NCBI RefSeq assembly: GCF_009914755.1
Contig: NC_060935.1
Reading direction: 5' to 3' (one strand)
DNA: 64,000 bases
Origin: the human T2T-CHM13v2.0 reference genome, Homo sapiens
The notes under the pieces were generated by a model. That model did not search any database. It saw only the letters and a list, made by a program, of their open reading frames with translations, and had not been told where the DNA came from. Shown in pieces: positions 58,530-64,000 of the stretch (within the stretch, counting starts at the first letter, position 1; the number at the start of each line of letters is the position of its first letter). A program made the position numbers and the translations under genes.

Positions 58530-58720
58530 AGGAGTTCTCAGATTTTAAAGTGAACAACATGGGGAGGGAGCGGTGTGACTGAAAATTGTAAACTCTCAGA
58601 GATTCTGGTTCAATAAATCTGGGTATGGCCCTGAAATCTGCATTTGTAACAAAGCACTCTATTATACACACATGAATCTGATGCAGATGGCCTGTGGATC
58701 ACACTTAGAGAACACTGCTA
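58530..58720. mobile_element. MER5A-like hAT relic
   Basis: cagagattctggttcaataaatctgggtatggccctgaaatctgcatttgtaacaa...atcacacttagagaacactg. Confidence 0.7.
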
Positions 58721-60129
58721 AGCAATTAACTTATAACAAATGCCCCAAAATTGTTTGCTCATTCATTCATTCATTCCAATGTCTGTCTGCCCACTATATG
58801 CCTATCCTAGGTACTTGGAGGAATAAAGAAGAGAATCAAGAATTGGATCTTACCCTGAGAGTCTATCTAGCACAGGAGTTAAGACATGGATATAAATCAC
58901 CAATGTAAACCAAGGCACGATACAGAAAGTAACAAATGCTGTCAGAGCATGGAGATCATGAGCTACAGAAATTCAGAGGAGGGAGAGAAACCAAACTGGA
59001 GACAAACAGATGGAGGGGAGGGGAGAGACCAGAACATCAAGCCAAGATGAGGTTCTGAGAATGGGAAACTGGTCAAGAAAGTCAAACTCTACAAGGGGCA
59101 TGGGAATTAGGCCTGTCAACAACCTTTGGACTTGGTGAGTAGGAGGCCAAGCAGATCTCAGAGAGTGGAGGATGAAAACCAGACAGCAAATGGTTAAGGG
59201 GGGAGTGAAGGCAGAGTAAAGTGTGTGTGGGGCGGGGGGCGGGGGCGGAGCACAGAGAAGGGAGGGAGCAGGGAGAGGAGTCAGTGGGAGAACAGAGCGC
59301 TGAGAACCATTTTCCAAGAGCTGAGAAGGATTTTATCCTTTGCTATATACCACGCCCTAGAATCTGTGAGGCAAGAAAATAGAACCAATGGGCATGGACA
59401 TGAATATCATTACGGGTGAAGTCTCAAATTAAGGCATACTAGCCTTCAAAGAAATGAAAGAAGAACACCCAGAGCAATGATGGAAAGAGATCCCAATCAG
59501 GAAGTTTCAGGGATCCCAGTTCTTCCTGGTGCAAAGCTGTCCCCTGATGTTCCAGGGAGCTGGAAACAAAGGGATAAGAAGGCTGTGCATACCCACAAAG
59601 AAGAGGGTATGTATGTCCCTACTTCCTCTCCTTTGGGAAGAGATAAGACTTTTTTTTTTTTTTTCATAAAAGGAAATCTCTGCTGGATACAGAATAGAGT
59701 CCTGACTCCTAAGCATGGTCCGCAGGCCTTCCACAATCTAATGCTCAAGTACTATCCAGCCTGATCTGCTCGCCATTGTGGCCCCACAGATATCTTAGCC
59801 TCACATGCCTACCCTTAGCCACATTCCCTCCACCTGCCCATTCCCTCAGCCTGAGCCATTCACATCTCCAAGCCAATGCACATAGGGCTGCCCTGCATGG
59901 AATAGCTTTTTCCAAACATTTTCCCAAACATTTTCCCCTCATTCAGATACCCTTGCCTAACTCCCAGGCCTTTATGCTATAGATAAAGTGTTTCCTCCCC
60001 ACCTCACTTCCTCGTTCATGTTTCCCCAGCTACATCTTTCTCTGCACTGCATTTTCACGACACTCAGGAATCCTTCTACCTTGGCATTCATTGCACTGTG
60101 TAGAAAGCATCCATCGCAGGCCTGCCTCA

Positions 60130-60400
60130 CCTTCAAAACTGTTAGCTCCCCAAGGGCCAGGAACCAGTCCCCAACATCCTTCTATTCTTTTAATCATAAC
60201 ATTTACTGAGTGCTTGCTACGTGTCAGACAGAATTTATCTGTATTATCTCATTTAATCCTTCATAATTTTATGAAGTTTATCATCCATATTGCAAAGACA
60301 AAAACAAAGCCTGGTAGCATTACGTATCTTACCCAGTGTTACACAGCTGGAAAGTGGAATACTGGTATAGGAACCCAGGCAGTTTCACCTTGCCCTTCAG
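60130..60400 (-). mobile_element. MIR SINE
   Basis: aacatttactgagtgcttgctacgtgtcagac...tctcatttaatccttc...acacagctggaaagtgg. Confidence 0.72.
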
Positions 60401-60497
60401 CCTCCTCCATGCAGCATGGGGAAGGTGTTCAGTTGACATTAGTTGAGTGAATAGGGATGGCTGAGAATACTCTCCATCAGTCTAAGAGGGGAGACAT

Positions 60498-60760
60498 CAT
60501 GACGATGATGATGATGATGATGACGAAGAAGACAACAACAATAACGGTGCATTCTACCAAGCACTTACCACGAACTGGGCTCTAGGTTAAGTGATTTACC
60601 TGGATTGTCTCACTGAATCCTTATCTTATGAGATAGATATTTTTATTAGTTCCCATGTATAATGCAAATACGGAGGCCCAGAGATGATAAGTAAAAGAAC
60701 TCAGATACGAACCCAGGCAATCTCACTCTGAGACCCAGACTCTTATCCACAGGGTCATGC
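60498..60760 (-). mobile_element. MIR SINE with a (GAT)n/(GAA)/(CAA) triplet tail
   Basis: atgacgatgatgatgatgatgatgacgaagaagacaacaacaataac, then agcacttacc...ctcactgaatcct...gaacccaggcaatc. Confidence 0.7.
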
Positions 60761-61479
60761 CATCATCTAGGTAAGCTATGTAAATGAAAACGTAAAAGTT
60801 TAGAGGCAATGCAAAACCATATGGGAAAGGAGATGGTTAGAGACATTTCTGGGTTAGTAACTTGTCAGTTTTAATCAGGGAATGCCTCTTGGAAGAGCTG
60901 GTCCAGAGCTGCATATTTTAAAGAAAGGAAGAATAAATTAGGGAGCTCCAAAGGGATGAGACTGGATGATAAAGTGCTGGTGAAGGTTTATCCATAAATA
61001 CTCAACCATATCTAATTACTAGCATCTCTGTGCTTCTGTTTATCTTTAGTTCCCATCCCTATGAGACAAAACAAGTATGATTTCAGAGGAAACTAAGGTC
61101 TAACTGAGGAATGGAACCTGTGAGGTATCACACAGCACCTGGACTGTGATCTGAAATAGCCTTCCACACTGCTGAGTGCTAATGCACTATATCTGTGGGG
61201 CCCAGCCTGACCCAAAATGGATACACACAGGTCCCCCAAGATCAGTTCCCCTCTTCCTCCTCAGCAAGGATTTTTAGTGAATTTTAGCTGGGCACCTTAT
61301 AACCCAGAATAAAGACATTTCGATGCAACTCTGAGTAGCTGTGTGAATAAGTCCTGATGAATGGATGTAGGTAGAAGGACCATGCAGGACTTTGGGTATT
61401 CCTAAAGGGGTAACTGTGTGTGTTAAGGAAGTGAGAGGGGAAAGGGAGGTGATCCTATCCACTGTTGCCTGGAATAAAA

Positions 61480-61698
61480 ATGACGGCAAAACTCAAGCAG
61501 CCATATTAAGCTCCTTTCTGCTAAGGAGGGCAGAAAAGCAAAACATAGAGTGCTTGGGGCCCAGAAGACTTTGTGAGACCAGCCCAGTAGTTCTGGGATG
61601 ACAACCTCCAGACTTTCATGTGAAAGAGAAATCAATTTCAGTCACTGTTCTGTCAGAGTTTCTATCATTTGCAGCTAAACATAACCCCAACTAATACA
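61480..61698 (+). mobile_element. Old MaLR LTR 3' end (MLT1 family)
   Basis: acctccagactttcatgtgaaagagaaat...catttgcagctaaacataaccccaactaataca. Confidence 0.65.
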
Positions 61699-61757
61699 AA
61701 TAGGAATAGTTACTTTTAACTTAAAAAAAAAAAAATTCCCAGACTTTCGTCATAATA

Positions 61758-61978
61758 CAGGTGGAGTGTCTTTTACCTGAAATGCTTGGAACCAGAAGTG
61801 TTTCAGATTTGGGGTTTTTGCATATTTTAGAATATCTGCAGAATACATATTGGTTAAGCATCCCTAACCCCAAAATCTGAAATCTAAAATGTTTCAATGG
61901 ACATTTCCTTTGAGCACCATGTCAGTGTTCACAAAGTTCCAGGTTACAGATTTATCAACATTAGGAATGTTCAACCTG
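61758..61978. mobile_element. Tigger4a-like TcMar MITE with TIRs and TA TSD
   Basis: TA|caggtggagtgtc...gaatgttcaacctg|TA; internal gaaatgcttggaaccagaagtgtttcagattt. Confidence 0.85.
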
Positions 61979-63382
61979 TAATTATACTTTGAGTATTTCT
62001 TGACTTTAAAAACACAAGAGAACAAAGCCTCTATGTATCCAACAAAGCTTTTTCATGAATTAACTAAATTTAAAAAATTTTTAATTTGCTTTTTCACAAT
62101 GGCATCTACATATATTTGAAAATAGTATTTTTTTGACAACTGACACTACAATAATTCTGAGGTTCCCCACCAAGGGGTCAGCCCAAGATTTGGGGAACCC
62201 TTGCCCTAAATGACACAGGGAGGTCAAAGAAAAGTTTCATGGAGGCAGTGAAGTTTGAGCTATGCCTTAAAGGCTAAGGATTAAGTTGCCAGATGCACAG
62301 GAAGGGACAATGAAAGGACACTGTAGACACAGGAAACAGCAAAGGTAAAGGCATGGTGAGGATACTATTAGTTCCTATTGGATTACAGTCTCAGAGACCA
62401 GTCTTAAACCTTGGTCTTTTTCACAGTAATCAGCAAAATGCCTTGTACTGATTAACCAAACGAACATAAGAAATTTTAAATGAGTATGAAGAATCCAAAG
62501 AAAGTTATAAGAAAGTTCTTTTGTGAATCCTACAGTGACTATAATCTGTAAGACTTAAAGTCCTAAGATCTTGTGCCAAAAGAAAATGAACACAATAAGA
62601 ACAATTTTGTACACTATTTCCAATTTAAAAGATTAAATAAGCTAAACCAAATGATAAGGACCGGGGCTTTCCAGAATAGTAATAAAACCAAGATTCTGGA
62701 TCACATGCTTGACAGGTAGATTTCATTTTATGCTCTACATATTTTTTTGCACTGAAATACACAGAAAAACTTACACAAAGTTTATATTAGAGCCCTTTAT
62801 TTATTAATTCTTAATATTTGAATAAATAATTCTGTATTTAAGGGCACCACTTTCACTGCCTCCTAAAGGTAAGTATACTTGGTTGACTGGAAAGGGCAGT
62901 GTTTTTCTAGTTTGTGTTTATTTTTCTGTTCAAACATATGAAAAGTCTATTCTTCACTGTGCAGGAAAATGCAAAGCAGATTTAGAGGGTGCTTATGGGT
63001 TTCTTTCACCTCTCCCTTAAGAAACTGGTAAGACAGGAATGTGACAAATGGCACAAGGTTTATAAAACAATAATTTGCCCTTTATCATGATTAGAAAGTT
63101 GGCTGACTGAACAGAAACTTATATAAAGTTCAGAAACAGACCCCTCACACACACAGGAAGCTACAATTAGTTGGGGAGTCATATGGAAATTTCAGGGCTT
63201 CACTGGTTGAGAAGCAAACAATGCAAAGATAGAGGACACTCCACAAGGCAAGAGGGATTTGTAGGGTTTCTGGCCTTACATATTTTGTTAAACAATAGCC
63301 AAAAAATAAGATAAAATAAAAATATCACTATAAATGTTTTCTTATCCAGCACTATTGGAGCAAACAATAAAGAACCAATAAT

Positions 63383-63703
63383 GGCCAGGCACAGTGGCTC
63401 ACACCTGTAATCTCAGCACTTTGGGAGGCTGAGGCAGGAGGACTACTTGAGGCCAAGAGTTCAAGACCAGCCCTGGCAACACTGTGAGACTCCATCTCTA
63501 CAAAAACAACAACAACAACAACAAAAATTTAAATTAGCCATGTGTGGTAGTGCACACCTATAGTCTCAGTTACTCAGGAGGTTGAGACAGGAGGACTGCT
63601 TGAGCCCAGGAGTTCAAGGTTATAGTGATCTATGATCACACCAACACACTCCAGCCTGGGCAACAGAGCAAGACTCTGTCTTTAAAAAAAAAAAAACAAA
63701 AAC
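63383..63703 (+). mobile_element. AluJ-type SINE with a (CAA)n linker
   Basis: ggaggactacttgaggccaagagttc...gcttgagcccaggagttcaagg. Confidence 0.9.
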
Positions 63704-63782
63704 TAATAAGATAGGATGCTGGATGCTGTTAGTTATTTGAAAGGTCACAGAAATTATTCAAATAAATTTCTTTGGAAGATAG

Positions 63783-64000
<218 letters not shown>

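Noticed and set aside
60498-60545. GAT/GAC/GAA/AAC run that reads like an acidic poly-Asp coding tract
   Set aside because: It sits at a MIR tail as a simple repeat, with no surrounding ORF or splice sites.

Overview
This is hominid (most likely human) non-coding DNA, intronic or intergenic, and I can support no host protein-coding exon in it. It is dense in interspersed repeats: about 25 Alu elements or monomers (J and S lineages), many MIR, L2 and L3 relics, MaLR LTRs, hAT and Tigger DNA-transposon relics, old L1M fragments, a young 5'-truncated L1PA2/3-like insertion (24504-25499, minus) and a full-length SVA (15655-17415, plus). One CpG island (~34000-35240) looks like a promoter, probably firing on the minus strand, with two candidate first-exon splice donors. 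I cannot identify the gene from the sequence. The ORF track is essentially all spurious except the L1 ORF2 C-terminal remnant. The most unusual structure is the SVA. It sits inside two nested pairs of perfect target-site duplications, with (GGAA)10 between the two 5' copies and a second poly(A) between the two 3' copies. This is what an SVA would look like if it had been re-mobilised together with the flanks of its source locus. I see no evidence of a new biological system; the findings concern retrotransposition history, Alu rearrangements, and candidate regulatory or splicing elements. Repeat subfamily calls come from recalled consensus features and boundaries of old repeats are approximate.
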